Below are positions 1 through 10,461 of a DNA stretch of 32,000 bases, piece after piece. Position numbers and translations under genes: made by a program. How positions within the stretch are numbered: position 1 is the stretch's first letter; every line of letters starts with the position of its first letter. This DNA is from Candidatus Methanoperedens sp. (GTDB lineage Archaea; Halobacteriota; Methanosarcinia; Methanosarcinales; Methanoperedenaceae): assembly GCA_027460535.1 (NCBI GenBank), contig JAPZAR010000021.1, positions 30,001 to 62,000 of the forward strand, read 5' to 3'. Below the pieces are notes generated by a model. That model saw nothing but the letters and a program-made list of their open reading frames with translations. It had not been told where the DNA came from and searched no databases.

Positions 1-534
1 CATGCTTCAGAGAAATATCAGGCAGAGACCGAATATTTCTCGGCTCAAGGGAAAGAATTGAACTTCTGCATCCACTGCGATTACTGTATCCGGGAGAAAA
101 AAGGCTGCATCCACAATGACGACATGGTGGAGGTCTATGAAAAACTGAGATGGGCTGATGCTCTGATAATAGGCACACCGGTTTATCAGGGGACGTTGAG
201 CGGCCAGACAAAGGTCATAATGGACAGGTGCAGGGCAATAGCTGCGCAGGATCTGCATTTTATCCAGAACAAGCCAGGTGCGGCACTGGCTGTCGGGGGA
301 GACCGTATAGGAGGCCAGGAACCATCGATCCAGGCAATACTCAACTTTTATGTTATAAATGAGGCCATCCCTGTGGGAGGAGGCTCGTTCGGTGCAAACT
401 TGGGTGGAGCCTTCTGGTCAAGAGACCTCGGTGCAGAGGGGGCAAGGGATGATGAGGAAGGTTTAAAAAGCATGCGCAAGACTGTTAATAGATTGATGAA
501 CCTGGCTTCAATGCTGAGAGAAAATAGATTATGA
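1..534 (+). CDS. Iron-sulfur flavoprotein / NADPH-dependent FMN reductase family protein; 5' end lies outside the window
   Basis: Frame 1 is open from nt 1, so the listed M at 58 is internal. A Cys cluster CIHCDYC...GC is followed by the flavodoxin-like core ADALIIGTPVYQGTLSGQTKVIMDR, which is typical of Isf-type proteins. Confidence 0.7.
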   Translation, partial: HASEKYQAETEYFSAQGKELNFCIHCDYCIREKKGCIHNDDMVEVYEKLRWADALIIGTPVYQGTLSGQTKVIMDRCRAIAAQDLHFIQNKPGAALAVGGDRIGGQEPSIQAILNFYVINEAIPVGGGSFGANLGGAFWSRDLGAEGARDDEEGLKSMRKTVNRLMNLASMLRENRL

Positions 535-553
535 GATAAGAAAAGGTAAAGAT

Positions 554-1111
554 ATGACTTTGAAGATCGCATGGGGAATCACGGGCTGCGGGGACTATCT
601 CAAAGAGAGTATCGAGATAATGGAAGAGCTTACTAAAGAACACAGCCTCGAAGTAAAGGTATTTCTCTCGCAGGCTGGCGAGATGGTGGTGAAATGGTAC
701 AAGTTGTACAATGACCTGAAAACCAGTTTCCCCAAAACCTACACTGAAAAATCGCCAAATGTTCCGTTCCTCGCAGGGGATCTGCAGCTCCATAAATACG
801 ATTTTATGCTGATCATGCCCTCCACATCCAACACTGTCGGGAAAATCGCGGCCGGGATATCCGACACGCTGCTATCCAGTTCAGCAGCGCAGGCCATGAA
901 AGCGAAAGTGCCTGTCTACATTTTCCCTGCCGACCAGAAAAGCGGTGAGATCACCACGGATCTGCCAGGCGGCAAGAAGCTGACTCTGACAATGAGAGAT
1001 GTTGACCTCGATGCTGTTGATAAGCTTCGAAAAATGCCGGGTATCACTGTGCTGGGACACCCGGATGAGATAAGGGATATCATAAAAAGGCATATCGAAA
1101 GCAAAAAATAA
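554..1111 (+). CDS. Flavoprotein of the archaeoflavoprotein (AfpA) / PPC-decarboxylase-like family
   Basis: N-terminal KIAWGITGCGDY and the motif PSTSNTVGKIAAGISDTLL match the Flavoprotein-family signature (PaTaNTvaKiA.GiaDnLl). The gene starts 20 nt after the upstream flavoprotein. Confidence 0.65.
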   Translation: MTLKIAWGITGCGDYLKESIEIMEELTKEHSLEVKVFLSQAGEMVVKWYKLYNDLKTSFPKTYTEKSPNVPFLAGDLQLHKYDFMLIMPSTSNTVGKIAAGISDTLLSSSAAQAMKAKVPVYIFPADQKSGEITTDLPGGKKLTLTMRDVDLDAVDKLRKMPGITVLGHPDEIRDIIKRHIESKK

Positions 1112-1112
1112 A

Positions 1113-1643
1113 TTAGCGCTTCTCGTATTCGAAATAACTGCAGGCATTATCGGTGCATCTGATTATTTTGCCTTTTACAGTATTTTTTATTATTTCAAGC
1201 TCGATAGCGCTTGGTTCCGCTATTCCCGGGACTGTGGCGCTGCCTGGCGAAATGAGAAGAACATCGGTTTTTTCAACAATGGGGTGGTGGAAATGCCCGA
1301 ATATCAGAACGTCAACGTTCATCTCTTTTGCAAGGTACCGGAGCCCGTCAGTACTCTCGGAGGTCAGCTGCCCTTTGTGTATGATGCCGACTCTTACACC
1401 TTCCACTTTTATGACCCTGCGCTCCGGGAGGAAATCCACGAGAAGGGGACTGTCCATGTCTCCATGGACCGCTATAAGTTTCCCCAGACCGCGAAGTTCG
1501 TTGTAGCATTCAAGGGTTTCAAAATCCCCTGCATGGATGATGATGCTTGAGCACCTGATGATAGAGATCAGTTCCCCGGGAAGCTGTGAGAGCAGGGACT
1601 GTCCGGGCTTGATATGCGTATCCGACAGGATGGAGATTTTCAT
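1113..1643 (-). CDS. Metallophosphoesterase, YfcE/MJ0936 family
   Basis: Phosphoesterase motifs are present in order: MKISILSDTH, HAGDF, VHGDMD, GHFHHP, SPGS. I start the gene at the internal ATG (rc of cat at 1641-1643) that gives MKISIL, not at the longest ORF (1694). Confidence 0.8.
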   Translation of the reverse strand: MKISILSDTHIKPGQSLLSQLPGELISIIRCSSIIIHAGDFETLECYNELRGLGKLIAVHGDMDSPLLVDFLPERRVIKVEGVRVGIIHKGQLTSESTDGLRYLAKEMNVDVLIFGHFHHPIVEKTDVLLISPGSATVPGIAEPSAIELEIIKNTVKGKIIRCTDNACSYFEYEKR

Positions 1644-1659
1644 ATTATCATTGGATTGG

Positions 1660-3000
1660 TTATTTTGCAGCAGTTGGAAGCAAACATTTTGCATTCAACC
1701 ACTCGTCGATCACATCTTCCAGCTTAATATCCACTTCCTCGATCATGTACCTGACCCTCACGACAGGCTTATTGAGCTTCAAAAGCCTGCCAAGATCAAT
1801 AGGAGTTCCCGCTATCACAACATCGCAGTCCGCGGCATTAATCGTCGTTTCCAGCTCTTTCATCTGGGTTGGGCTATAACCCATAGCGGGAAGCACAGCG
1901 CCAAGATGTGCGAAATCCTCATAGACCTTATGTATCGAGCCAACGGCATTCCTTCGCGGGTCGATCACTTCCTTAGCTGCGTATTTCTTTGCAGCTATTA
2001 TCCCCGCGCCAAAGGACATTCCGCCGTGGGTGAGGGTGGGGCCGTCCTCAACAACGAGAACCCGCTTTCCCTTTATCAGCTCGGGGCTCTCCACAGTCAC
2101 AGCCGACCTGGCTTTTATTATCAATGCTTTCTTATTTATGGATCTGACATTCTTAATGACAAGCTCCACATCCTCTTTCCTTGCCGAATCCACCTTATTT
2201 ACAATGATCACATCTGCAAGGAGCACATTGACTTCCCCGGGATAATAAGTCAGCTCATGTCCGGGCCTGAGCGGGTCCGCAATCACGATATGGAGATCCG
2301 GCCTGTAAAAAGGGATATCGTTGTTACCGCCGTCCCAGATGATAATGTCCGCTTCCCCCTCCGCTCTTTTCAGGATCTTCCCAAAATCGACACCGCTGTA
2401 GACAACAGTTCCGCAGCAGATGTATGGCTCATATTCCTCTCTCTCCTCGATGGTGCACTCGTTCCGGACGCAGTCTTCCATAGCGGCAAATCTCTGGCAT
2501 TCCTGCTTCAGGAGATCGCCATACGGCATCGGATGGCGTACAACCACAACGTTGAATCCTTTTGCCTTCAATATGTCCACCAGCTTTTGCGATGTAGGGC
2601 TCTTGCCAGAACCCGTTCTCACCGCGCATACGGAGATCACGGGTTTTTTGGACTGAAGCATCGTGCTTTTTGTCCCCATCAGCCTGAAATCGGCTCCTGC
2701 AGCCAGCACCAGGGATGCTTTCTGCATGACCGTCTCGTGCGGGAGGTCGGAATAAGCCAGAACAACCTGGTCTATGCCATGTTCTTTTATGAGATGCGGT
2801 AATTTCTCTTCGGGGTATATGGGGATGTCTTTAGTATACAGGGGACCCGCCATTTTCCTGGGATAAGACCGACCGGCTATTCCAGGAATCTGTGCTGCGG
2901 TGAAAGCCACCACCTCATAGTCCTTATTATCCCGGAAAAAAACATTGAAATTATGAAAATCGCGTCCTGCTGCACCCATTATTATAACTTTTGTCTTCAT
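1660..3000 (-). CDS. P-loop NTPase resembling cyclic 2,3-diphosphoglycerate synthetase (GTPase-like family)
   Basis: The N-terminus VIIMGAAGRDFHNFNVFFRD and the Walker A motif VRTGSGKSPTS match my recollection of this ~440-aa archaeal/bacterial family. The specific activity is not established from the sequence. Confidence 0.55.
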   Translation of the reverse strand: MKTKVIIMGAAGRDFHNFNVFFRDNKDYEVVAFTAAQIPGIAGRSYPRKMAGPLYTKDIPIYPEEKLPHLIKEHGIDQVVLAYSDLPHETVMQKASLVLAAGADFRLMGTKSTMLQSKKPVISVCAVRTGSGKSPTSQKLVDILKAKGFNVVVVRHPMPYGDLLKQECQRFAAMEDCVRNECTIEEREEYEPYICCGTVVYSGVDFGKILKRAEGEADIIIWDGGNNDIPFYRPDLHIVIADPLRPGHELTYYPGEVNVLLADVIIVNKVDSARKEDVELVIKNVRSINKKALIIKARSAVTVESPELIKGKRVLVVEDGPTLTHGGMSFGAGIIAAKKYAAKEVIDPRRNAVGSIHKVYEDFAHLGAVLPAMGYSPTQMKELETTINAADCDVVIAGTPIDLGRLLKLNKPVVRVRYMIEEVDIKLEDVIDEWLNAKCLLPTAAK

Positions 3001-3166
3001 GAACTAACCTCAGTATTTTGATTATTTCCAACAGATTTAATTGTATTGTATATTGAAGAATTGATCGGTCCAGACGATGAGCGAGACCCTTTGCGCCATG
3101 AATTACCTTCGAACAAATATTCACCAAAATGATTATGCTTGCTTTGAACAATTACCACAGCAAGCA

Positions 3167-3664
3167 ATGAATAGTAAGAGCATCAGTAAAATCTCAGGAA
3201 GAGTATGGAAATTCGGGGATAATATAGACACAGATGTTATTATCCCTGGCAAATACCTGCGCACAACAGATATGAGCTTATTTGCAGCCCATGTAATGGA
3301 AGGGATCGATCCCCAGTTCTCGAAAAAGGTGAAAGAATGTGATGTGATCGTGGCAGGAAAGAATTTCGGATGCGGCTCGTCCAGGGAACAGGCGCCACTG
3401 GCCTTAAAGCATGCAGGTATCAGGTGCATTGTGGCAGAGTCGTTCGCGCGGATCTTTTTCAGGAATGCCATCAACGTAGGTCTTCCGATCATAGAAGCCA
3501 AAATAGAATGCGAGGAGGGCGATATTATTGAGATAGACCTTGAAAAAGGGACGGTAAGAAATAAGGAAAAGACCTATCCAGGGACCAGGCTTCCGGATTT
3601 CCTGCGAGATATCCTGGCGGACGGCGGACTTGTGGAACATCGGAAAATGAAGGTGCAGCAATGA
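3167..3664 (+). CDS. leuD: 3-isopropylmalate / homoaconitate dehydratase small subunit
   Basis: [21 protein letters not shown] and [18 protein letters not shown] are aconitase swivel-domain signatures. I start at the internal ATG at 3167 (MNSKSISK), which gives a 165-aa product typical of archaeal small subunits. LeuD versus HacB cannot be decided from the sequence. Confidence 0.85.
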   Translation: MNSKSISKISGRVWKFGDNIDTDVIIPGKYLRTTDMSLFAAHVMEGIDPQFSKKVKECDVIVAGKNFGCGSSREQAPLALKHAGIRCIVAESFARIFFRNAINVGLPIIEAKIECEEGDIIEIDLEKGTVRNKEKTYPGTRLPDFLRDILADGGLVEHRKMKVQQ

Positions 3665-4536
3665 TTTTCCCGGCAGATTATAAAAGTGTGGGTGTGACAA
3701 GGACGGATCCGACGGAACGAATTGGATGTCCGATATATTTTTCAACAGAATACCTGATCTCAGACATGCCATCAGGATATTCCATATTTAAGGTTAAGAG
3801 TGATGGGGAAGGATTGTTGAAAAAACTTAACTCACTTGAACTGATAGCAAAAGGTCAACAGATAAAAAAATTTGATGAAAAACTTGATTCTCATGACAGG
3901 ACCAGGCTTATCGAGTCGGCAATTCCGATTTGCAGGGGAAAGATAAACACCGTCATTTTTGAAGGTCTGGACAGGCATATCACTTTTGTGCAGGACCCGA
4001 GCCTTCACGAGGTTATGGAGATTGAGATAATCGACCTATCACCCCCGGAGCCGCCATGGCTTGCTTTTGCCATCCAGAGACTTGTAAAGAGCGGTATTCT
4101 GGGCGAATTGAATATAAGGTTCACCACGAAGCTGATCGACCTTCGAATATTCGAAGGGGAAAAAATGGTCTTCCCATGCCATGCTTCAGAACTCAAGGGA
4201 AAATATCTCGATACAGATATCGATATCGAAAACAATTCCGAGCTTGTGGGATGCGATATCTCAAAACAGATATTTGAACTGCGGTTCCCGAACCTTACTT
4301 ATAAGCACATCAACATGTGCCCGCTGAAGGCAGAGCTGTATATGCCTACCAGGCCATTCATTACACGATGCTGCCAGAGCAAGAAATCCGGGATGGTGAA
4401 CATCAACGGCATAGATGGCGCGGTGGTACACTGGGGGGCATCTGAATACGATATCGTGGATGCGATCAGGATGCTGGTAAAAGTTTTAAGAGGCAATAAG
4501 GAAAACGATAAGATAATTGATCAGATGATAAAATGA
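3661..4536 (+). CDS. Hypothetical protein (291 aa), translationally coupled between leuD and leuB
   Basis: Long ORF whose start overlaps the leuD stop (ATGA at 3661-3664) and whose stop overlaps the leuB start (ATGA at 4533-4536). I recognise no motif. It is Cys-rich in the C-terminal half (FPCHAS, VGCD, NMCP, TRCCQS). Confidence 0.6.
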   Translation: MIFPADYKSVGVTRTDPTERIGCPIYFSTEYLISDMPSGYSIFKVKSDGEGLLKKLNSLELIAKGQQIKKFDEKLDSHDRTRLIESAIPICRGKINTVIFEGLDRHITFVQDPSLHEVMEIEIIDLSPPEPPWLAFAIQRLVKSGILGELNIRFTTKLIDLRIFEGEKMVFPCHASELKGKYLDTDIDIENNSELVGCDISKQIFELRFPNLTYKHINMCPLKAELYMPTRPFITRCCQSKKSGMVNINGIDGAVVHWGASEYDIVDAIRMLVKVLRGNKENDKIIDQMIK

Positions 4537-5540
4537 AGATCGCAGTTGTTCCGGGAGATGGCATAGGAAGAGAGGTCGTACCCGCAGCACTGTCCGTGCT
4601 CGATGCATTTGATCTTGATATCGAAAAAATACCGCTTGATATCGGTTATGGAAAATGGGAGCTGACGGGAAGTGCTATCACCGATGAGGATATAGAAATC
4701 CTGAAGGAGTGCGATTGCGTCATATTCGGAGCAATTACTACCCCGCCAGACCCTGGCTATAAGAGTGTATTGGTGCGCATCAGAAAAGAACTTGATCTAT
4801 ACGCCAATATACGCCCATTCACACCGTTGCGAAAAGTGAGGTTACCCTGTGCCAGGAAGTTCGATTTTATTATCGTGCGTGAGAACACTGAAGGCATGTA
4901 TTCAGGCAGGGAAGAATTGCACGAGGATGCTGCATACACTACGCGAGTTATAACCCGCAAAGGGAGTGAAAGGATCGCAGAGCGAGCATGCATCATGGCA
5001 AAACACGGGAAAAAGCATATAACCATAGTGCATAAGGCGAACGTATTGAAATCGGATTCATTTTTCCGCGATATATGCATCGGTGTTGCAAAGAAAAACG
5101 GGATATCATACGGCGAAATGCTGGTGGATGCAATGGCGTATGATCTGATCCTGCATCCGGACAAGTTTGATGTAATAGTGACTACGAATCTATTCGGGGA
5201 TATCCTGAGCGATGAAGCCGCTGCCATGGTCGGAGGGCTTGGTCTTTGCCCGAGCGCCAATATCGGCGACTGCTATGCGCTTTTCGAGCCCATCCACGGC
5301 AGCGCGCCGGATATTGCGGGGAAGGGTATTGCCAATCCGATTGCAGCTATCCTGAGTGTCAGGATGATGCTTGAATGGGCTGGAAAGGCCAGGGAAGCAG
5401 AGTCAATAAACCGGGCTGTGGATGATGTTCTTAAGCGGGGGATAGTAACACCTGACCTTGGGGGTTCTAATTCAACTGCCGATGTATCGAACGCCGTCGC
5501 AGAATCGGTTAGCAGATTTATAGGAGAGCACCAATACTGA
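4533..5540 (+). CDS. leuB: Isopropylmalate / homoisocitrate dehydrogenase family enzyme
   Basis: [15 protein letters not shown], the IVRENTEGMYSG motif, NLFGDILSDEAA and the EPIHGSAPDIAGKGIANP signature identify a beta-decarboxylating dehydrogenase. LeuB versus AksF is unresolved. Confidence 0.85.
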   Translation: MKIAVVPGDGIGREVVPAALSVLDAFDLDIEKIPLDIGYGKWELTGSAITDEDIEILKECDCVIFGAITTPPDPGYKSVLVRIRKELDLYANIRPFTPLRKVRLPCARKFDFIIVRENTEGMYSGREELHEDAAYTTRVITRKGSERIAERACIMAKHGKKHITIVHKANVLKSDSFFRDICIGVAKKNGISYGEMLVDAMAYDLILHPDKFDVIVTTNLFGDILSDEAAAMVGGLGLCPSANIGDCYALFEPIHGSAPDIAGKGIANPIAAILSVRMMLEWAGKAREAESINRAVDDVLKRGIVTPDLGGSNSTADVSNAVAESVSRFIGEHQY

Positions 5541-5724
5541 AAATGATGGTTTGTAGAATTTTGCTACCAACCACGTAAACTATAAGTGTATATTAATCAT
5601 AAAAGGTTTATAAAAACTGCGAAGCGATAAACCCTAGACCAGCAGCTATGAACAAAAAACGGAAGAATTTATCGGCTGTACCAATCGGACCTCGTTATCC
5701 GTGGAATCCGCAGGAGGATAGGGG

Positions 5725-8265
5725 GTGACTGGCGATAGAAGTGCAAAACCATGGTTTCCAGGTTTTGGAGGATTAATAGGAATCAGTATAGGACTTGCAG
5801 CAATTGCCTGGGTTCTGGATTCAATTTTAGATTCTGTTATATTCCATAATGGAACTATTCTTGAGCAAATACTATCCCCAACTATCAATGAAATCGTGGT
5901 CAGGGTTTTATTTGGGTTTGTTATAATCGTGTTCGGTACCTACACACAGTTGAACATGGACAGGCGCAGGCGGGTGGAAGAGGCGCTGCAGCAATCCGAA
6001 GAAAAATACCGGATGCTGGTTGAGAATATCCAGGACGGCGTATTTATTATCCAGGATGCTAAATTTCAATTTGTCAATGAAGCAGTTGCAAGAACGGCTG
6101 GCTACCAGGCGGGGGAACTTATAGGCAGGGAATTCAAGGATTTAGTTGCACCCGAGGATTTGGCAATGGTAGCAGGCCGCTATTCTCGAAGGCAGGCTGG
6201 AGAAAATGTCCCGTCGGAATATGAATTTCACATGATGCGTAAGGACGGGGCAAAAATCGTTGTCAATATGAATGTGGGGCTTGTAGCTTATCACGGCAAG
6301 GTGGCAAGTATGGGGATTTTGAAAGACATCACTGAACGAAAAAAAGTTGAGAAGGAAAAGGAAAAGCTCATTAAAGCAATTAATAGCAGTACCGACGGAA
6401 TCACGATTGCAGATGAAAAAGACCGTTATATCTACGTAAATGCAGCATATGCTAAGACTTTTGGCTATGCCCAGGAGGAGCTTGTTGGAAAGACCTGGCG
6501 GGAAATCACGCCTCCTGAGCTGATACCTCCAACTGAAAAAGGATTGTCCGGCACAATGCACAAAAAGGATATCGGCGTATTCAACGGAGAGGTTCCGGGG
6601 CTTCGGAAAGACGGCACTGAAATCCCCACGGAAGTCAGGGGCACGGCTCTCTGGGATGAGAACGGCAATTATGTAGGACATATTTGCATCGTAAGAGATA
6701 TCACAGAGCGCAAAAAGGTGGAAGAGAAGCTGAAACTATTATCGGAAGCTGTGGATGAAGCCCTGGATGGAGTTATAATAACAGACCTGAATGGTTTCAA
6801 TATCTATTCGAACAAGGCTGTAGAAAATATCTACGGTTTTTCCAGCGATGAATTAAAGAGTAAGCATGTCAGCGAACTGAATTCAGACCCCGAATTTACG
6901 GGGAGGGTGATACTCCAGAATATAATAACGAAAGGAAGATGGGCCGGGGAATTCATGGCAAAGAAAAAGAATGGCCAGGAATTTCCTATCTGGCTGACTG
7001 CATCCATTGTCAAAGATGACAAAGATAAACCGATAGCAATGGTCGGTGTCATCAAGGATATCACCGAACGCAAGCATATAGAAGAGGTTTTGCTCGAAAA
7101 AGAGGAACGGTACCGGAGTCTTTTTGAAGATTCTCCGATTTCACTATGGGAAGAAGATAGTTCTGGTATTAAAAAATACATTGATGCTCTTAAAAGTAAA
7201 GGGATTGAAAATCTGAGAACATATTTTGACAGGCATCCGAAAGAAGTTGCCCTGTGTGCAAGCATGATGAAAGTGCTTGATGTAAATAAAGCATCAATAA
7301 ATTTGTTCAAGGCAAAAAGTAAAATCGACCTTATAGACGGTTTGGAGAATATCTTCACAGATAGGTCATACGAAACTTTTAAAGATGAACTTATTGCGAT
7401 TGCTGAAGGTAAAACCTCCTTTGAAAGCGAAGATATTGTTAAAACATTAACAGGCGATAAGATTCATATCAGCATGAGATGGGTTTTAACTCCCGGCAAT
7501 GAAGAAACATATTCGAAAAGATTGGTCTCTATCGTAGATATCACGGAACGCAAGCGTGCAGAAGAAGAAATAAAGAAATATACAAGAGAACTTGAGGAAT
7601 CAAATCGCATGAAAGAACTTTTTGCAGATATCATGCATCATGACCTTTTGAATCCACTCAATACCGCCAACGGCTTTATTGAACTTCTTAAGGAAAATGA
7701 GACAATATCAAGGAAAAAAGCCTACCTTGAGACCATTGAAAGAAGTCTTGTAAAGGGAATGGAACTCATAGATAGCGCCATGAAATTTTCAAGATTTGAG
7801 AATTTGAAAAGTATTGAACTGGAAGAGCTGGATTTAAAAAATGTTATTGAAGGAGTCATTGAAGCCCTCACCCCGCTTGCGGATAATGCGGGAATTGAAA
7901 TCGTGAACCGCATAACTTTGGATTTGCCTGTGAAGGCCAGTAAAATAATCGAAGAGGTTTTTTCAAACCTCATTTCCAATGCCATAAAATACGCATCATC
8001 TGGTAAGAGAATAATTATAGAAAGCGAGGATAAGGGAGAAAACCTGCAAGTCAGGGTAATAGATTTCGGGGAAGGTATAAAGGAAAGAGATAAGACCGTG
8101 ATTTTCGAACGATTCAGGAGGGGAGGAAAAAAGGGCGTTAAGGGTTCAGGTCTCGGTCTTGCCATTGCGTGGAAGATTATGGAATTACATAACGGGAGGA
8201 TATGGGTTGAAGATAATCCCGAAGGCGGCTCTATTTTTATCGTGGAGATTCCAAATCTAAATTAA
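5725..8265 (+). CDS. Membrane-associated multi-PAS sensor histidine kinase
   Basis: GTG start with an AGGAGG Shine-Dalgarno-like site 7 nt upstream (5712-5717). An N-terminal hydrophobic segment is followed by repeated PAS modules, each ending in (K/R/V)DITERK. The H-box is ADIMHHDLLNPLN, the N-box is NLISNAIKY, and G-boxes are DFGEGI and GSGLGLAI. Confidence 0.9.
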   Translation: MTGDRSAKPWFPGFGGLIGISIGLAAIAWVLDSILDSVIFHNGTILEQILSPTINEIVVRVLFGFVIIVFGTYTQLNMDRRRRVEEALQQSEEKYRMLVENIQDGVFIIQDAKFQFVNEAVARTAGYQAGELIGREFKDLVAPEDLAMVAGRYSRRQAGENVPSEYEFHMMRKDGAKIVVNMNVGLVAYHGKVASMGILKDITERKKVEKEKEKLIKAINSSTDGITIADEKDRYIYVNAAYAKTFGYAQEELVGKTWREITPPELIPPTEKGLSGTMHKKDIGVFNGEVPGLRKDGTEIPTEVRGTALWDENGNYVGHICIVRDITERKKVEEKLKLLSEAVDEALDGVIITDLNGFNIYSNKAVENIYGFSSDELKSKHVSELNSDPEFTGRVILQNIITKGRWAGEFMAKKKNGQEFPIWLTASIVKDDKDKPIAMVGVIKDITERKHIEEVLLEKEERYRSLFEDSPISLWEEDSSGIKKYIDALKSKGIENLRTYFDRHPKEVALCASMMKVLDVNKASINLFKAKSKIDLIDGLENIFTDRSYETFKDELIAIAEGKTSFESEDIVKTLTGDKIHISMRWVLTPGNEETYSKRLVSIVDITERKRAEEEIKKYTRELEESNRMKELFADIMHHDLLNPLNTANGFIELLKENETISRKKAYLETIERSLVKGMELIDSAMKFSRFENLKSIELEELDLKNVIEGVIEALTPLADNAGIEIVNRITLDLPVKASKIIEEVFSNLISNAIKYASSGKRIIIESEDKGENLQVRVIDFGEGIKERDKTVIFERFRRGGKKGVKGSGLGLAIAWKIMELHNGRIWVEDNPEGGSIFIVEIPNLN

Positions 8266-9231
8266 TTTAATCAATGCAAACGCTATAGCACCTGCAAGGA
8301 GCGGGGATATGACCCAGGCAATCAGTATTTTCTTCACAGTATTGCTTTTCATTATATGCATCCCGCTATTGGCGCATCCGATACCAATGATCCCTGAAGC
8401 CACGATCTCGCCAAGTGATACAGGGATCCCAAGGATTGAGGCTGCATGGACAATTATAGCGGATGTGAATTCCACGAACACGGCTCGAATTACACAGAGT
8501 TCGCAGATATCTTTTCCAACGGTATCCAGTACCCTGCCGCCCATGAGAAGAGCGCCAAGGCCGATCGCAAGACCAGCAAAAATCTCACCGTAAGTCACCG
8601 GGATCTGGCCAGCTCCAACAAACGGTCCTACTATGATGCCTGCATGATTGGCCCCTGCAGAAAACGCCACGTAGCAGCCTGATATGGTCAGAAGTACATT
8701 CAAGGATTTGCGTATCGAAGCTTCTGAATCATGATGGTCTGCAAGCCAGACCAAAATGTTAGTGTAAAGATATTTCCCCATAAGGTACGCGAGCAACCAT
8801 GCAACAATGGGCGTAACAACCCACCAGACCATGATCGTTGCAAGAAGCGGAGTATTCAATTTAGATGCTCCGTAGAAAAATCCGATACCAATGACCGACC
8901 CAACAGCAACCTGGCTTGTGGATATTGGGACACGCAGAAGATTTGCCAGAAAAACGGTGGCCGCTGATGCCCCCACAGCAATGATGGCTCCTTTAATCAA
9001 TATTGTGCCGGGAGGGAGAATTCCGCTTCCAAGGGTTTTAATAACTTCTCCACCGCCTAATACAGCCCCAAGAACTGCGAAAACTCCGATTAGTACTACC
9101 GCCTGATATTTTGTGCGGACTTTTGCCCCATAAGCGGCACCCATCGCAGCAGCAGCATTATTGCCGCCGATATTTATTCCCATAAAAAGAGCAACCGCAA
9201 GCGCGGCGAGTAAAGTTATTGTAAATATCAT
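8257..9231 (-). CDS. pitA: Inorganic phosphate transporter, PiT (PHO4) family
   Basis: Polytopic membrane protein with duplicated Gly/Ala-rich PiT-type helices: GINIGGNNAAAAMGAAYG at the N-terminus and a related SAGANHAGIIVG in the second half. Its end overlaps the kinase stop convergently by 9 nt. Confidence 0.75.
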   Translation of the reverse strand: MIFTITLLAALAVALFMGINIGGNNAAAAMGAAYGAKVRTKYQAVVLIGVFAVLGAVLGGGEVIKTLGSGILPPGTILIKGAIIAVGASAATVFLANLLRVPISTSQVAVGSVIGIGFFYGASKLNTPLLATIMVWWVVTPIVAWLLAYLMGKYLYTNILVWLADHHDSEASIRKSLNVLLTISGCYVAFSAGANHAGIIVGPFVGAGQIPVTYGEIFAGLAIGLGALLMGGRVLDTVGKDICELCVIRAVFVEFTSAIIVHAASILGIPVSLGEIVASGIIGIGCANSGMHIMKSNTVKKILIAWVISPLLAGAIAFALIKLI

Positions 9232-9314
9232 AAGAAATGTCCCAAATCGAGCTGACTACTATTCTATAGTTAATATAACGTACCGATACAGGCAAAAATT
9301 GACCCAAAATATAC

Positions 9315-10067
9315 TCAGGCTGTAAGCCTGTCAACCAGTATCCGTCCCTCTTCGGTTTTGAATATGGGGGGATCCCACTCCTGAATTATTTTTGTCCTCT
9401 CTGCTTTTACATCTATTCTTCTAACAGGATCGTATCCGAGTTTTTCATAGACTTCCCTGTATATCAATATTCCACATCTCTGCCACACTGGTGTTTCCGC
9501 AAGGTTGATCCCATGTCGGAACACCAGTTCGTGTACTTCGCTTGCCTTCATGTTCTTGAGCCGCTGCGCAGCTTCATTTTCAGAGAGCCCGGTCTCACGC
9601 AGCGTGTAATACCCGTAGGAACTCACATGGTTCCTCCAGGTCTCGGCCTGTCTCCATAAAAGGTATTTATAAATATCTTCTTTGCCAAGGGGGATAATTC
9701 TTGAATCGAATGCTATCGGATTTTGCAGATTCAACTGGATGGTAAGCGCCGAAGAGATGAAAGCAGGTATTATTGAATCGATCTTCTCGATCCTGTTATT
9801 ATACGGTATTTCATAGAAAAAAAGATTGATCTCATCTGAAAATGTGAATGCAATTAACGGATTTAAGCCGCTGTCCTTAAAGAATACCTCTACACAATTC
9901 GCCATGGCACGCGCGAATCTTTCATCGTATGGTTTCTTAAGAGCCAATAAATCAAGCGCGCGCCTGAACCCGCGCCCATCGATCCTGACTGCAAAAGGAG
10001 GGAAAACCTTAAGATCGGAATATATCTCCCGATCTTTCATTTCTTTTTCTGAGAAACCTTTGCTCAC
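9315..10067 (-). CDS. thg1: tRNA(His) guanylyltransferase, Thg1-like protein
   Basis: FAVRIDGRGFR, FTFSDEINLFF and LLWRQAETWRNHVSSYGY follow the Thg1 family pattern. The size (250 aa) is right for an archaeal Thg1-like protein. Confidence 0.8.
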   Translation of the reverse strand: MSKGFSEKEMKDREIYSDLKVFPPFAVRIDGRGFRRALDLLALKKPYDERFARAMANCVEVFFKDSGLNPLIAFTFSDEINLFFYEIPYNNRIEKIDSIIPAFISSALTIQLNLQNPIAFDSRIIPLGKEDIYKYLLWRQAETWRNHVSSYGYYTLRETGLSENEAAQRLKNMKASEVHELVFRHGINLAETPVWQRCGILIYREVYEKLGYDPVRRIDVKAERTKIIQEWDPPIFKTEEGRILVDRLTA

Positions 10068-10070
10068 GGC

Positions 10071-10364
10071 TTATTGTTCTTCTTCATCGGATATATTATA
10101 ATCTTCAGGGATCTCTTCGGGTTTCTTGAACTGGTCTTTGACATGCCTTATAAGAACAACATCTGCGACGGCAGTAACCCATCTGAAAGGGATGACCACT
10201 CCTTTGCCGGATGCATCGAACATATCAGGATTTAATTTCGTAACAGCAAGACCTGAAACCTTTTTATCATTCAATTCAAGTACAACATCATTTACTTTTC
10301 CGATGTAAACTCCTCTGTCAGTGTAAACATTCAAACCGAATAACGTTGAAACCTCTGCCTGCAT
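10071..10364 (-). CDS. PRC-barrel domain protein
   Basis: VYTDRGVYIGKVNDVVLELNDKKVSGLAV is the classic PRC-barrel core. The gene stops 3 nt upstream of the thg1 start, so the two are probably co-transcribed. Confidence 0.7.
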   Translation of the reverse strand: MQAEVSTLFGLNVYTDRGVYIGKVNDVVLELNDKKVSGLAVTKLNPDMFDASGKGVVIPFRWVTAVADVVLIRHVKDQFKKPEEIPEDYNISDEEEQ

Positions 10365-10461
10365 CGTATCACCTTCATCTGAATATGAATGATAGCAATA
10401 TATACTTTATTGATTTTGGACTGGCGAAGTTTTAATATTGCACTGTGATGATTAAGGCAGG

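Noticed and set aside
1537-2802. 421-aa plus-strand ORF
   Set aside because: It is antisense to the 446-aa minus-strand gene, which has a clear Walker A motif and family N-terminus. Its own translation is low-complexity and has no motifs.
5648-5728. 26-codon upstream ORF (MNKKRKNLSAVPIGPRYPWNPQEDRG) whose TGA overlaps the GTG start of the histidine kinase
   Set aside because: The geometry (GTGA overlap) is suggestive of coupling. However, there is no conservation evidence, and the AGGAGG site serves the kinase start by itself, so I cannot support it as a gene.
8257-8265. 9-nt overlap between the 3' ends of the kinase and the phosphate transporter genes
   Set aside because: Convergent 3' overlaps of a few codons are common in compact genomes. 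Nothing suggests a functional antisense arrangement.
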